From Lama guanicoe (lineage: Eukaryota), in assembly GCA_013239625.1 (NCBI GenBank), contig MU053594.1, positions 900,536 to 964,535 on the forward strand: a stretch of DNA of 64,000 nt, read 5' to 3'. The notes beneath the pieces were generated by a model that did no database searches, was not told the origin of the DNA, and worked only from the letters and a program-made list of their open reading frames with translations. Positions within the stretch are counted from its first letter, which is position 1. Each line of letters starts with the position of its first letter. Shown in pieces: positions 23,415 to 36,600 of this stretch. The position numbers and the translations under genes are program-made.

Positions 23415-26094
23415 AGGGATGCCACCACAGAGCCCGGGACACTTGGTGCAAAGCCATGGGAGGTGCCTGAAGAGGAAACTCAGAAAGTCCCCAGGCACAG
23501 CAAGGAAGAATTTAAACCAAAGCACAAGTGAAGAAGAACACATCTTGAGGTCCATGTACATAAATGCAATGACTAGACAAAGCCAAAACAGACCTTCTTT
23601 TTCCTGCTACTTTCATGTCGGGGGCATGTTACCTAGAGGGGTCTCCTCTGCCCCCCCCAGCTACATCTCGCACGGGTGCCCGTCTCCAGGTTACTAACGT
23701 GGAGTTGGCCTGGCCACAATGCACCTCATCTTAGAAGCAGAAGGGCGAACCAGCCCAGCCAAACCCCTCTGCAATCCACCGCGGCAACGCTCTGAAACAC
23801 GTCTATTTGCGCCTCTAACTCCGGGGAAAGGATCAGGGATGTGGGTTGTTTTGGATCTGGCACAAGTGCCACGATGACTTCACTCCAAAGTCTGGGCTGT
23901 GAGTCCACCTAAGAATGAAATAATTCTTCACAAACCACCATCAAATCACATAAATGGCAACAGAAGTTGAATATTCAAGGTCTCCACTTACTTCTCCAGA
24001 CCAACTTGAACCTAAAAAGGGCAACAGTTTGAAACACTGGGCATCAAAACACACAGCTGATTTAAATGCAGACATTTGGTCCTTTCTGAGGCTCTCTGCG
24101 TGGACGAGAAGGCTGTGAGGTGGGGCAGCGGTGTGCAGGGGGATTCAAAAGGGCAGACGTGGACGACCAGTTTATCTCCATAGATCACGGAGATCACAGG
24201 GGCGATTTCAAAGCCCACTATCATCCAAAAGGAAAGATAATTCAAGAGGAGATCCAAGCCGCACAAGATTAAAAAAAAAACAAAAACACTCCCACATCAA
24301 ACTAAAGCAGCCAGCCTTGAGTTGATTGAGCGAATGAAGCTTTGGAGGATAAATTATTCTTCCAGGGCTGCTGAAACAAGCACCAAGAAAAGACACTATT
24401 TCCTAGGTGGTTCCACCCTATCAAACTCCGGGCGCAACCTGCCAGTGTGTGCACGTCCGATTTAGGCGGTTCCTGGGAGCCTGCTGTTGGGCTAGGACTC
24501 CTGAGCAATCGCAACACGGAGATCCCCGAGAAGTGAACATGGTCCTGTTTTAGGTTTGCTCTACAGTGATCATCAGAGCAAATGGAAAGTTACATATAAT
24601 TCGAGGGAGAAACAAAAGCGACAGATTTAAAGGCACAATGACAAGCTTCTACAAGGCAAGATGCTGATACATTTCCTTACCCGGCCCCGTGCACCCCCAC
24701 CCCAGTCTACAGCGAAGGGTCAACAAGGATTCACCGAGCATCTAATTAAAAGAAAATCTATGGGTTTATCTAAAAAGAAACCAGACCCTTTCTACAAAGC
24801 TACCACTAGATCAGGAGATAGCAGTTTTAGATACAGAAAGATAAAAACCACAGTCGCTAACTAAGCAAACCCACTGAGTCTAAAATGCTTTCTGAAAGCT
24901 GGAGAATCCTGCGTATGAAGAAGGCGGGTGGCTCCATGCCCTAATCCTACCCTTCTAGGCAGAAAAGCTTTCAAGAAACTAACAAGTACTTTTTAAAATT
25001 CCTCGACAGAGAGGCGAAGAGCATGTTAACTTTTGGGAGGAACAGAGATGGCTGGCCGCACTCAGCAAGACCCACGAGGAAGCTCTCATCATGTCTGTGG
25101 AGAGAGATCTTTCTCTCCATAATGGTAAACAATGAGCCTTGTCAGATTTTTCTTATTTTTCATTATGGAAACTGTTAAGTGCCACAATACTTCAAGCACG
25201 CCACGTGAATGGAAAACAAGATGGCACTCTGACTTCACGACAATGGTAAATCAAGTGTTCTGTCTGGCAGGAGAAATGTCATTAGCTCGCGAAGTGATCT
25301 AGCTGGTGTCATTTTTGAAACAGAGGTAATATGTCTATTTGAATTTACGAGAAAAACAATTGACTTTCTTTTCCGCCATCTACTTTCCGAGGTCAGAAGG
25401 AAAATATTTATGGTACCTTTTAAAAGAAATAACTTTCATACTCTGCCGCCACCCCCCTCAAGTAAACGTCACACAGAGTAAATATTCCCACTGGCCAAAC
25501 ATGGAAAAAAGAAGTTCTTTCTTAAAAAGTCAGGGTATGTAGGACTAACACCAGCCCCACACACAAATGGACCGTTAAGATAAAAATAGTTTATCGTTTC
25601 ATTTACTCTCACAGGTTGGTCCTGCTTCAGCTGTGCCTCCAATTCAAGGTCATGGAAAATGTCCTGAAAGTAGAGTCTTCAGCTACCTAACAACAGACAG
25701 AATGTCCCCCAAGAGGTTATCTAGGCAATTTGCCAGTTTTGTGATTTTTTTCAGTCAAAGCCACTGTGTTGAGAAAGATTTTGTGTGTGTTTGTGCAGTA
25801 CACACGAACTGTAGAGCTTAAAAACAAGATCTGCTATGAGAAAATTCAGACAAAAGCTAACTGAAATAGTAAGTGTATTCAAATCATCCTGCTCACTGTT
25901 CATGACGGAGATGAACTGTTTTTGATTATAAAGGATGCTTTTGAAATACTTTAGAGTGAAGAAATAGGTTGCAAGACATATAGAGTATTAGCTATTTTTA
26001 AAACTGTGTTTTTGAAATGAGTATGCCCAGGAAAATGTGTGGAAGGGTAGACAGCATGGTTTCAATATTGGCTTCTATTTTCAGTCATATTTCC

Positions 26095-26365
26095 TGAAGA
26101 ATAATTTATGTACAGTAAAATTCACTATTTTTCTATACAGCCCTATGGATTTTGACAAATGCATACAATCATATGGCCACCCCCCCCCCAATCAAGATAC
26201 AGAGCACTTCCATCACTCCAGAAAGTTCCTTTGTGTCTGTCTGTGGTCCACCCCTCCCCCTCCCCCAGCCCCTGGCCATCCATGGTCCCTTTTCCTTCCT
26301 TTATCATTATTGCTCTATATCATTGCTTTATTCCCGAGCATCACACAAATGGAATCATACAGTAA
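26095..26365 (-). mobile_element. Old L1 (L1MC/ME-type) 3'UTR fragment
   Basis: 'tacagtaaaattcact..gattttgacaaatgcatac..caatcaagatacagagcacttccatcactccagaaagttcc..aaatggaatcatacagta'. Confidence 0.75.
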
Positions 26366-26639
26366 GCTGTCTTTTGATTAACATTGGCTTTTCCTTCCTG
26401 GAATCTGGGATCACAGGTGATGATTTATTGATTCTTGTTACCTTCCTTTCCTATATTTCTAATTTCTCATTGCAACTACTTTCACCATTTAGAAAAGACA
26501 CAGTAAAGACTAATTAATTGTGACAGGCCTGTGGTTAAACACACAAAGCCATAGACCACATGTGAGAACAAATGGCGTATAAGATATTAAGACTGGAATT
26601 AACTTCACCAGTGTTAACTTCGAGAGGCAATAGAGAATC

Positions 26640-26850
26640 AGCCAGGGCTTGGCAAAAATCCTAGCTGTGCAACGTACCAGTGGTGTGGCTTTGGGCAGAT
26701 TATTTAGCATATTTCAGCTCTGATGTCCTCATATTTAAAAGAGGGACTCAAACAATGTCTCATGAAGTTACTGTAAGGATTAGATAAGACTATGATGTAG
26801 GCCACTGGCACTTGGTAAACTTTAGCACTAAAATTATGTTTATTATTTAT
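26640..26850 (+). mobile_element. MIR
   Basis: 'tgtggctttgggcagattattta..cctcatatttaaaagaggg..gtaaggattagataagac'. Confidence 0.6.
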
Positions 26851-27929
26851 ATGGCTGTTCTTATCAGTATTAATATCATTAAGTAGACTGTGGGAGGTTT
26901 TGGTGTACAAAAGAACATTCTAGGCCCAGGAGAAGAGCCACAAGGAGAGAGGAGGGCAAGTAGGGGCAGAAGGAAGGGGCTGGGTCACAGATTCATGCTT
27001 TGAGTCTCAAAACTAAACTGTAGACGTTTTGTTACAGAAAATGTAAAGCTTCTGGCTCTTCTAAACTAAGTTCCCATCTTTTTGTGATGATTTCTCAGTG
27101 AATTCAAACACCTGTGGTTTTATACTCTTGGAATTTTAAAAGTGACAGTTCATTATTCAAGGCTCCTTGGAAAACAGAATGTTAATAGTAAAGACCAGCC
27201 ACCCTTACAATGTCAATCCATATTTTCTTAACTATTTAGAACCCAGAAATCCTTCAGTGAAAATATACATTTGAATTTATCTGATTCTCTCCCCATCACC
27301 CGCCATGAACTGCCCACTATGTGACGTGAATTAAGGGGGTTGAGGGTAGCCGATTACACAGGCAGCAGTGTAAACAAGAACATGACACTTAAGATCCAGG
27401 CACAACAAGACCAAGAAATCACAGGTGTTCATCCCTGCAAGGTTTTTGGTTGTCGGAGGCTCTTCGGGCAAGAACCAGCTCATAAAAAGCAAATAGGATC
27501 CACCTTTCTCCTCCCAAGACTGTGATACATGCCAGGAAGTGAGTAAGTCTGTCTCTCTTGGGACGTTCCCAAATGTTTTGATTGAAATAGAACATCTCAT
27601 TTAATTTTCATCCTCAGGATGGATTCATAATTCATGAACCAGGCTTTTCATAATAAATGGCAACTGAATTAAAAACACATCTGCTGTCTTGGGCCAAATA
27701 TATACATATATTAAAAGCGGGGCTACTGGCTTCATGCATTTTGGCCAAAAAAATCATTACAGCCACAGCTAGTTCATATCCATACATTCATATGTGTACA
27801 TCTCTCTGTGTATGCATGTGCGTGTGTAAATGTTCGCGCAGCATACGTTACTGAGAAATCTCACAGGCCAAGGAATGATCTCCCAAGCTTCAGGCCTCTC
27901 TCTCAGATGCTTGCTCAACTACAGGAGAT

Positions 27930-28235
27930 GGTTGCTTTGACTGGAAAGATCTTAGCATCTCCACATCCTACCTGTCATTCAAGATTCAGCTCACGTGCCA
28001 CTTCTCCATCAAGCCCCCAGCAATTTCCTTGCACTGGAAATGACCTTCTCCTTTCTACCTGGGATTCATTATTTATATACCTGTCTTCTCCCCATGATGG
28101 AACAAAAGGTTCCCTGAGAGCAGAGCCCGTGGAAAGCTATCATTTGTATCTCTCTCCCCACTCCAGTGCCTAGCACAGTACTTGGTACCAATGAGGGGCT
28201 CAATATAAATTTTCAGGATGAAATGAATAAATGAT
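27930..28235 (+). mobile_element. L2 3' end
   Basis: 'ttccctgagagcagag..ccagtgcctagcacagtacttgg..gctcaatataaat..gaaatgaataaatga'. Confidence 0.7.
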
Positions 28236-28588
28236 ACTTTATTCCATCTCAATCATCAATTTTTGTTCTCATAAGATAGCAATGGCTGAACAATCCAGAA
28301 AATGGGACTGGAAAATACAACTTCGGTAACATTCTAATTTCCAGTTCCTGGCTCCTCCTGAAATCTTGTTAATATTTCAACATTCACATCAAATAGTCCA
28401 TGGATCTCCAAGCCCAACTCCAGTAAAACAAAAAGAATCTGAGCGTTGAGGGTTTAAAAAGAAACTTGTTTTGGATAGTACAGAGTGCTTGGATTGAGAT
28501 TTATGAGAGTGTTAAGAAATGATTTGTCTTCCATATGATTTCAGGTTAACAAAGAACTTTCTGTCCAGATGTGAATTTACTAATCACA

Positions 28589-30216
28589 AGGAGCTTCTGC
28601 TTTTTAAGGCATTTCCACACTGTTTTCCATGATGCCTGCACCAAACTGCATTCCCACCAACAGTGGAGGAGGGCTCCCTTTTCTCCACAGCCTCTCCAGC
28701 ATTTGCCATGTGTGGACTTTTGAATGATGGCCATTCTGACTGGGGTGAGGTGATACCTCATTGTAGTTTTGATTTGCATTTCTCTGATAATGAGAGCTAT
28801 CGAGCATTTTTTCATGTATCTCTTGGCTATCTGTATGTCTTCATTAAAGAATTGTTTGTTTAAGTCTTTTGACCATTTTTTGACAAGGTTATTTGTTTGT
28901 TTGTTATTTGAGTTGTATAAGGTGTTTGTTTATTCTGGAAATTAAGCCTCTGTCAGTCACATTGTTTGCAAATACTTTTTTTTCAGTTCCGTAGGTTGTC
29001 TTTTCATTTTGTTTATAGTTTCCTTTGCTGTGCAAAAGCTTCTAAGTTTAATTAGGTCCCATTTGTTTATTTTTGCTTTTATTTCTATAGCCTGGGTAGA
29101 CTGCCCTAGGAGAACATGGCTGAGATTTATGTCAGAAAATGTTTTGCCTATGTTGTCTTCTAGGAGGTTTATAGTATCTTGTCTTATGTTTAAGTCTTTA
29201 AGCCGTTTTGAGTTTATTTTTGTGTATGGTGTGAGGGAGGGTCCTAACTTCACTGATTTACATGTCGCTCTCCAACCTCCCCAACAGCATTTGCTGAACA
29301 GGCTGCCTTTTTTCCATCGTATATTCTTGCCTCCTTTGTCGAAGATTAATTGACCAAAGCATGTTGAGTTTATTTTTGGGCTCTCTATTGATCCATATGT
29401 CTGCTTTTGCACCAACACTACACTGTTTTGATTACTGCAGCTCTGTAGTATTGTCTGAAGTCTGGGAGGGTTATTCCTCCAGCGTCATTCTTTTTCTTCA
29501 GTTTTGCTTTGGCAATTCTGGGTCCTTTGTGATTCCATATAAATTTTAGGACTATTTGTTCTAGTTCTGTGAAAAAATGTCCTGCCTGGGTAATTTGATG
29601 GGGATTTCATTAAATCTGTAAATTGCTTTGGGTAGTATGGCCATTTTAACAAAATTAATTCTTCCAGTCCGAGAGCATGTGATATCTTTCCATTTCTTTA
29701 AATCATTTTTCATTTCCTTAACCAATGCTTTTTAGTTCTCTGCATAAAAGTCTTTCACCAACTTGGTCAGGTTTATTCCTAAGTATTTTTTTTGGATGTA
29801 ATTTTAAAAGGGATTTTTTTTTTAACTTTCCTTTTCTGGTATTTCATTGTTAGTGTAAAAAAATGCAACAGGTTTCTGTATGTTAATCTCGTATCCTGCT
29901 ACCTTGCTGAATTTGTTCATCAGTTCTAGTAGCTTTTGTGTGGAGCCTTTAGGGTTTCCTATATGTAGCATCATGCCATCTGCATATAGAGACAAATTTG
30001 TAGACACTAACTACTATATATAAAACAAATAAACAGCAAGGTCCTAGTGTACAGCATAGGGAACTATATTCAATATCTTGTAATAACCTATAATGAAAAA
30101 GAATATAAAAAAGAATATATACATGTGTGTATGTATAACTGGACCACTATGCTGCACACCAGAAATTAAGAACATTGTAAGCCTACTATATGCAATTAAA
30201 AAAGTAGCAGCTTCTG
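28589..30216 (+). mobile_element. Young L1 with 5' inversion (twin priming): ORF2 on minus ~28600-30000, 3'UTR and poly(A) on plus ~30001-30203
   Basis: Minus ORFs give L1 ORF2 peptides ([71 protein letters not shown]); flanks aggagcttctg (28589-28599) / agcagcttctg (30206-30216). Confidence 0.92.
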
Positions 30217-31029
30217 AGTTATAATCAATTAAATGACCTGCATGAGAGATGAGCCAAGAAAGAGAATACATGTCTCTTCCCTTTTCCCAAACTAAGTACT
30301 ATGTGGGAGGATAACTTCCTCCCAACTTCTGATAAAGCAATTACCCAGAAAGACAGAGAGTGCTGAACAATACTTATCCCAATTTGGCATTTCTCTTCTT
30401 TCTTGAAGCGTCGAACACTTAAAAGTTAGGGAAACAAACGTGGCATCCTTCAGTGCTCTACTCCAAGACAACTAGCATTCAGTGACTACACGATGTGTGG
30501 CTTTGCCTGCCTTTGCTCAACCAGTCCTCATAACAAGGTGGATTCCCACTTAACCCATTTTACAGATGATAATACTGAGGCTTACATTATTCAAAATTAT
30601 GCATACACTACAGTCCACAAAGCAGAAAACATTCCTTAAGTCAGAGCTTACTTCCTACAAGTTAATATTTAAAATACAATATTAAAGTTTGGGGACAATA
30701 TTGACATCACGGACAATGTTGGTCAATTCATTTTCAGTGGACTCAAATGAAGGCAACCTATCTTCTAACTGCTAAAGAGTTTGGGGGAATTTATCTTCAA
30801 ATGATCATAGAAGTTACAGAACATTCTGAATTTCACCCAGGAGTTAATCATCTCTGAGAAAAGGGTAACGCAAGTTTAATAACACGAAAGTCACAGCTGA
30901 CTTGGGGACTTCTACTGAATTCTCTTCCTAGGATTGCTCCGGAGGACTCTAGCACCTGAGTTTACACCATCTGGTCAACCTAGAACATCTCCAGTTGTTG
31001 TCTTTTCTTTCTTAAAACTAAACCTCAGA

Positions 31030-31255
31030 GGCATTTACTGAGCGCTTACTCAAAAAGTGTGGAGCATTGCACGTATTATTCTACTGTATTCTCACCATTT
31101 GATCAAATTAGTATCTTAAACCTCTTGAGGGCCCTCGATGTCCATCCAGAGAGATTAACCTTCTTGGCTTTGAACCACACAGCTAGTAAGTAAGAAGTGG
31201 AAAGGCAATAAGAACCCAGGGGTTCCTAACTTTAAAACTGAGGCTTTTTCAACTA
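31030..31255 (-). mobile_element. MIR
   Basis: 'catttactgagcgcttact..cacacagctagtaagt..gaacccagg'. Confidence 0.55.
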
Positions 31256-32509
31256 CACCCATCTTCCCAAGTATTTTTGCCTTCTAGACATCCAAGCGCA
31301 AAAGGTCAAGTCCATCTAGTTTCTTTTCAGGATACAACTGTTATCTTAATGTTCATCTTCATCATTAATTCACCAAACTGAACTGAATGCTGCAAATATC
31401 TTTTTTTTACCTAAGAAATCATGGTGTCAAACAAACGGATGGAGTTCTGATTCCAATGCCATTACTCCGAGAATGAGGAGGAGAAACCACAAGCAACTGT
31501 TGATCGCGTATCTCAGTCCACACCACACAACTGCCGCTTCGCTGCCTGCCGTTTTTACATTCTCTTTGGACTTTTTTAGAAACAGATGGGCTAGTGACTG
31601 GTCTATTACCAGTTCCAACGTGTGCAGCTGGAGTGTCCCACAATTGCAGACACAGCCATCTTCTGAATAATTTCTCCTGCCACAAACTGCTGCTTCTGCT
31701 GTAATAATCCCCTTAGTGGACCTAGAGAGCATTCTTTCCATTCCAAGAGCCATGGGTCTGTTTATTTTAAGCCACAATGTCCTTTTGTATTTCAGCTAAA
31801 AAAGTACTTCAGACATGCGGACCACCTGATCTTTGTTTTGTCTCTCCCAAGGCAGATATACCAGATGATAATATTTGGGTTAAAGGACATTTTATCTTCA
31901 GCTGTCATGAAAAAAAGAAAACCAGGATAGGAGACAACTGAACTTTTTTTTTTCCCACTTATTAAGTCTGGGAGCCTTCATGGGTAGGGTATCCAACTGA
32001 GCTGCCCATTTTATTGTATCAACTCTTAGACTCCCCAGAGGCCAAATTTGTACCAACCACCAACTTTGACCAACCACATTTTGACCATGAAGCCATGCAT
32101 GCAGAAGTTTTCAGAGTTAAGATGTTTGTTGTTATGGGGGAAAAAATCTAGATCTCTGTCCAAATACTTTTTTTTTTGTTTGAGTGCTTTACAACCATAA
32201 AGTCCTCATCTGATAAAATGGTACCTGTGAATATTTAGAAATAACTGAAATCACAATATACAGAAGAAAAAACTCAATTTGTCATCGATGGGAGGGGATT
32301 TAGTTTTTTTTCAGATAATCTTTTTCTCTCTGTGGGAAAGACTGCACCAATCAGCCAAATAAGTAAATAAATACCTTACAACCTATTAAAATTATTAGAT
32401 TTTTATTATAGTTATGCAAGCTGTGTAACTCTGAAGAAACTAGGTAGTTTTCAGGGATGACGAAGTTATGTTAACACATACTTTTCTTATTTTTCAAATG
32501 CATCATTAT

Positions 32510-33030
32510 TATAACAGCTTTACTGAGTTATAATTCAGATACCAAATAATTCAGCCTTCTAAAGTTCAGTGGTTTTTAGTATATTCATAGAGGAATTGTG
32601 CAACCATTACCACTGTCTAATTTTAGAACATTTTTATCATCCCTAAAATGTACCCAGTGGCTGTCACTCCCTCTTCTGTCTCCCTAGACCCTAACAACCG
32701 CTAATCAATCTTCTACCTGTATCGATTTGCCTATTATGGACATTTCATACCAATGAAATCGATAATATGCAGTCTTTGTAATTGGCTTCTTTCACTTAGC
32801 ATAATGTTTTCAAGGGTCATCTGTGAGGCAGCAGTACATCAGTACTTTGTTTCTTTTTATGGACAAATAATCTTCCACTGTATGAATGTTCACCTTTGTA
32901 TTAGTTGATGGAAGGTACACCTTTTTATTTATACATTCATCAGTTGGAAGTTTGGTTCATTTCCACCTTTTGACTATCGTGAGTTATGCGGCTATGGACA
33001 TTGTGTACAAGTTTGTGCACGGTTACACGT
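32510..33030 (-). mobile_element. L1MB-type 3'UTR
   Basis: 'acagctttactgag..gtggtttttagtatattca..tgtgcaaccattaccact..tggcttctttcacttagcataatgttttcaagg'. Confidence 0.85.
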
Positions 33031-34254
33031 CAAGCATCTCGTTTTTAATGAAAATCACAATCTTTGGGGAAGGAAGAAATGTCACAGTGTGACTGAGATC
33101 ACATGTCCTGCAAGCTCATGGCACATCCCAAGTGTGAGCAAAACGTGCCCACTGGACCCACAGTCCTCAAACCTCATCATTTCCTGCATTGTGAAGTGGA
33201 GAGATGTTTGAGCCAGACCCTAATGACCTTCTTTTACAGAAAATGCTGTTGGGGATGAAAATGACCTCCAACTGTAATTCTCACTAATGACCGAATCCGA
33301 TCAATAAGCAAATCAGATTTTTATGAACGGTTTCCTCCCACTGTGACACGTCATCTCATCCAAATGGAAAGAACTCATTCAAGTAAACACATAAGTTAAT
33401 AAAACTGTAACTCAATCTATTTTACTAAAATAGTCCTAGGAAAGAACCTACACAGTTAAAGTGCACTTGATTTCTATGTCGATTAAATATCAAAGGCAGG
33501 TTTTCCCAGTGTCTGAAGGGCCAGTCAAAGAGATTAGACATTAACTTCTTCACCCTCAAGTAAAATAATATTAGAGAATTCAAGTGCGTGAGACTCAATT
33601 TAGTCCAAAACTGGAGGTTCAAAAGATCAGTAATTATGAGGCTACAGAGGACAAAGGAATGTTTGCATCCTCCGAATTAGCAGAGGTGGTTTGCTAACTA
33701 GCGCCTGCGGACAATGAGCAATTACCCCCGTCCAGCTTTGTTCTCATTCGAAAGGGACTTCGACCAAGCTGAAAGGCGGCCAGGAGCCAAGAATCCTGCA
33801 GCCAACCCCTGTTGTCATTTTTACAACTGGATCTGCATTTTTCCTAAAGGAATTCAAAAGTCACAAATCTAAGATGCTGTTCCACACGTGTGTCATCGTG
33901 GTTGTTTCCATTAGTGAAATCAGAGCATCTGAATTTCTTGTAATTAAAAAAAAAAAAGGAAACCACAGAAGCAGCATCAGAGTCTGTGTGACTAGACAGG
34001 CCTTTTAGTGGCGCAGCATAAATCACTGTTGCTGTTCTCGCTCCTACAAACAAAAGAAGATTGCCCGTCCCTCCTCCCATCCCCACAGGAAACAAAATCA
34101 AATCAAACCAAACCCTGGTTGAGGCCCCCACTGCGGTCTCAGAACCCACCACCAGAAGATACTGGGGACTGTACTGGGTTTGTGTTCAGAGAGCTGAAAA
34201 GAAAAGAGATCAGAAGAGGAAACGGCCACACACAGGACAAAAGAAGAGCCTGCC

Positions 34255-34587
34255 CCAGCGGTAGCCAGATCTGCTAGCTGCCTTTTTTTCTGTAAGGCCC
34301 TCGAGCTACCAAAGAAAATTCAATTATTGGAAAAATATATTTGAATGATTAGAAGAGAGTCAAAAGAAGAATATTCTATGACATATGAAACTGACAGGAA
34401 AATCCAATTTCAGTGTGGCTATAAATAAAGTTTTATTGAAACACACCCCTGCATTTACGTGTTGTATCAGGTCATCTTCGAGCTACAAAGGCGGGGTTGA
34501 GTAGTTGTGGCTGAGACGAGACGTCCTGCAAAGGCAAAATGAATGATTATCATGCCTTTTTTAAAGACAGAGTTTGCAGACCCTTTG
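34255..34587 (+). mobile_element. MER58B-like hAT-Charlie MITE
   Basis: 'tcaaaagaagaata..aatttcagtgt..ataaataaagttttattgaaacac..gttgagtagttgtg..agtttgcagaccc' follows the MER58 consensus. Confidence 0.8.
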
Positions 34588-34673
34588 TCTAACCCAGCCA
34601 AAGAGTACATTTCACTGCAAATCTCTCAAATGGATCTCAAGAAAGAGTAGGTTCTGAACCACCCGTTGTCCCT

Positions 34674-34695
34674 GGGTGGGTGGGTGGGGAGGGGG
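34674..34695 (+). other. G-quadruplex-forming motif
   Basis: GGGTGGGTGGGTGGGGAGGGGG: five G-runs with 1-nt loops. Confidence 0.7.
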
Positions 34696-36477
34696 TGCAT
34701 TTGTGGAGGGAGGTAACTTAGATGGGATCCCTGCTCCAAGAAACACAAAGTAAGTCAGATACACCAAGTTTACCGGGTGGAGCATTTCTGCCGACAAAGG
34801 ACTTGTCTCCTTTTATAAATTTGTTTCAAGCAACACAGCTTATCAGTGAACACAAGAACACATTAGCTGCCCACAAATTAGCATTTAGTACAATTATCTA
34901 CAAAAGGGACAAGGAATCCATTTACATTTCAAATCTTCTTCACTCCATTTAGCCTGAAACTTTTTCCAAGTAACAAACACATCCAGGAACACTAGATAAC
35001 TATTTCTTATCAGTTTAGACGCCATTTTAATCCACCCTTTACTAATGTCACCCTTGTGTGAAGGCGGAGGAGGGAAGCAACCAGGGAAACGGAATAACTA
35101 ATGAATAGAAATTGGAACCTGGCAAGCTCGCTGACAATAGCCCAAAGTGTTATGATGTCAAAGTTCCATTAACTGGATGTGTTAATCAACCACTCCCTGC
35201 GTCCTCCTGTTTCCTTAACCCTCTCTTGTGCTGATCAAAGAATGAGATGCACTGGGTCTTTCTGCCTAATTCAAAAATAACATGCAGAAAAATGTCCGTA
35301 ACCAAATTCCATCATCTAAAAATCACCCAGTTTATTCTGTGTCTAATAATCATGGAGACATATGTCTGTGTTTAAGAAGGAATCAAGAAAATAGCCAAAA
35401 TACAAGATTATAAATGCTTTCAAATTCTGGAATAGGACTTAAAAGACTTTTAATAGCTGAACTTGTCTTAAAGATTTTGCTCCAAAAAGCTTAGCTGCAC
35501 TTTTCACCTTCCTCATGAAACTGCTAATATGTGGTTTGCTTTTAGTGGCTTACTTACGTCCAACAAAAGAATGATGGTCTAATTTTTAATCAAAATTTGC
35601 TTGTGTTTAAACTCTTCAGTTCTTTTTTTTTAATTTTTTTAATCATTCAAAGTAAATAAGTAAATACCACGTTGCAGAGAGGCACAGATGGCTGGGGAAT
35701 CTACGGGAAGCCCAGATGGTGTAGCAACATGCCCACAGACCAGTCATCCCATCGGCAGTTTCCAATCTGACTGTGGCTTGGATTAATATAACCTCTAGTC
35801 TCCCCACCAGCTGAGGGGCTCACAAGACTAGTATTTGGGCCAGAAATGATGCTGACTGAAGACATCCAGGTCTCATCTCACTGCCTGCAGCAAATTTGAT
35901 TTCCGGTTTCATATGGACTGAAATGGTCCAACTTCCTTTGGCGCTGTCACAGGTCACCCATGCTTCTAAGAGCACACAGTGTGGTGTGGGAACCCGTGTG
36001 CCTAGGTGTGCCCTCATGTGGATTACAATCTCCTATTTTTCTTTAAGACAATCCCTTTACATTTACAATGAATAGTTCATGGGAAAAAAACCTAAAAATT
36101 AATACAGAGGGAATAATATTAATAAGGGACTTTTTCACAGGACTAAAAAAAGAAATGCAATTACTATTTCCAACATTATACAAGGGTAGTTTATCTGAAC
36201 AATGAATTCGAAGAACTAGGAAATAACCACATTTCCTTTCATTTTTTTATCAGGTCTTAATCTATACTTAGAGGAAAATGAAAGCAAATATACCAGTGTT
36301 CTTAATCAATTTGTAGACAAGACTAACAGAACACCATGTGAACAGGCTAATATGGGCAAACAAAGGAGAGATGTCCCGTGTTTGAAAATCAGCTTATTCA
36401 TGTTATAAAATAATACATACAAATTATTTAAGAAGTATGTCCCAAGAAACAGCAAATCCAAATTTATTAAGTTACAG

Positions 36478-36600
36478 AACCCTCTGTGCCTCAGTTTCTC
36501 AATGTGGAAAATGATCTCAAAGAGTAGACTGTGGGAAACTAAATGAATTAATACACTAATGGGCTGGCAGGTTATAAGCACCCAAAGGTATTAACTATGA
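36478..36600 (+). mobile_element. MIR core
   Basis: 'ctctgtgcctcagtttctcaatgtggaaaatg..taaatgaattaatac'. Confidence 0.65.

Noticed and set aside
28546..30007. ORFs with reverse-transcriptase-like peptides as a novel RT system
   Set aside because: Fragments of ordinary L1 ORF2, frameshifted, with the catalytic motif mutated (YADG); the same applies to the fragmented ORFs at 40231-41689 and 42594-43447
32047..32086. Short imperfect repeat of ttgaccaaccac
   Set aside because: About 2.5 degenerate units of simple slippage; no spacer structure
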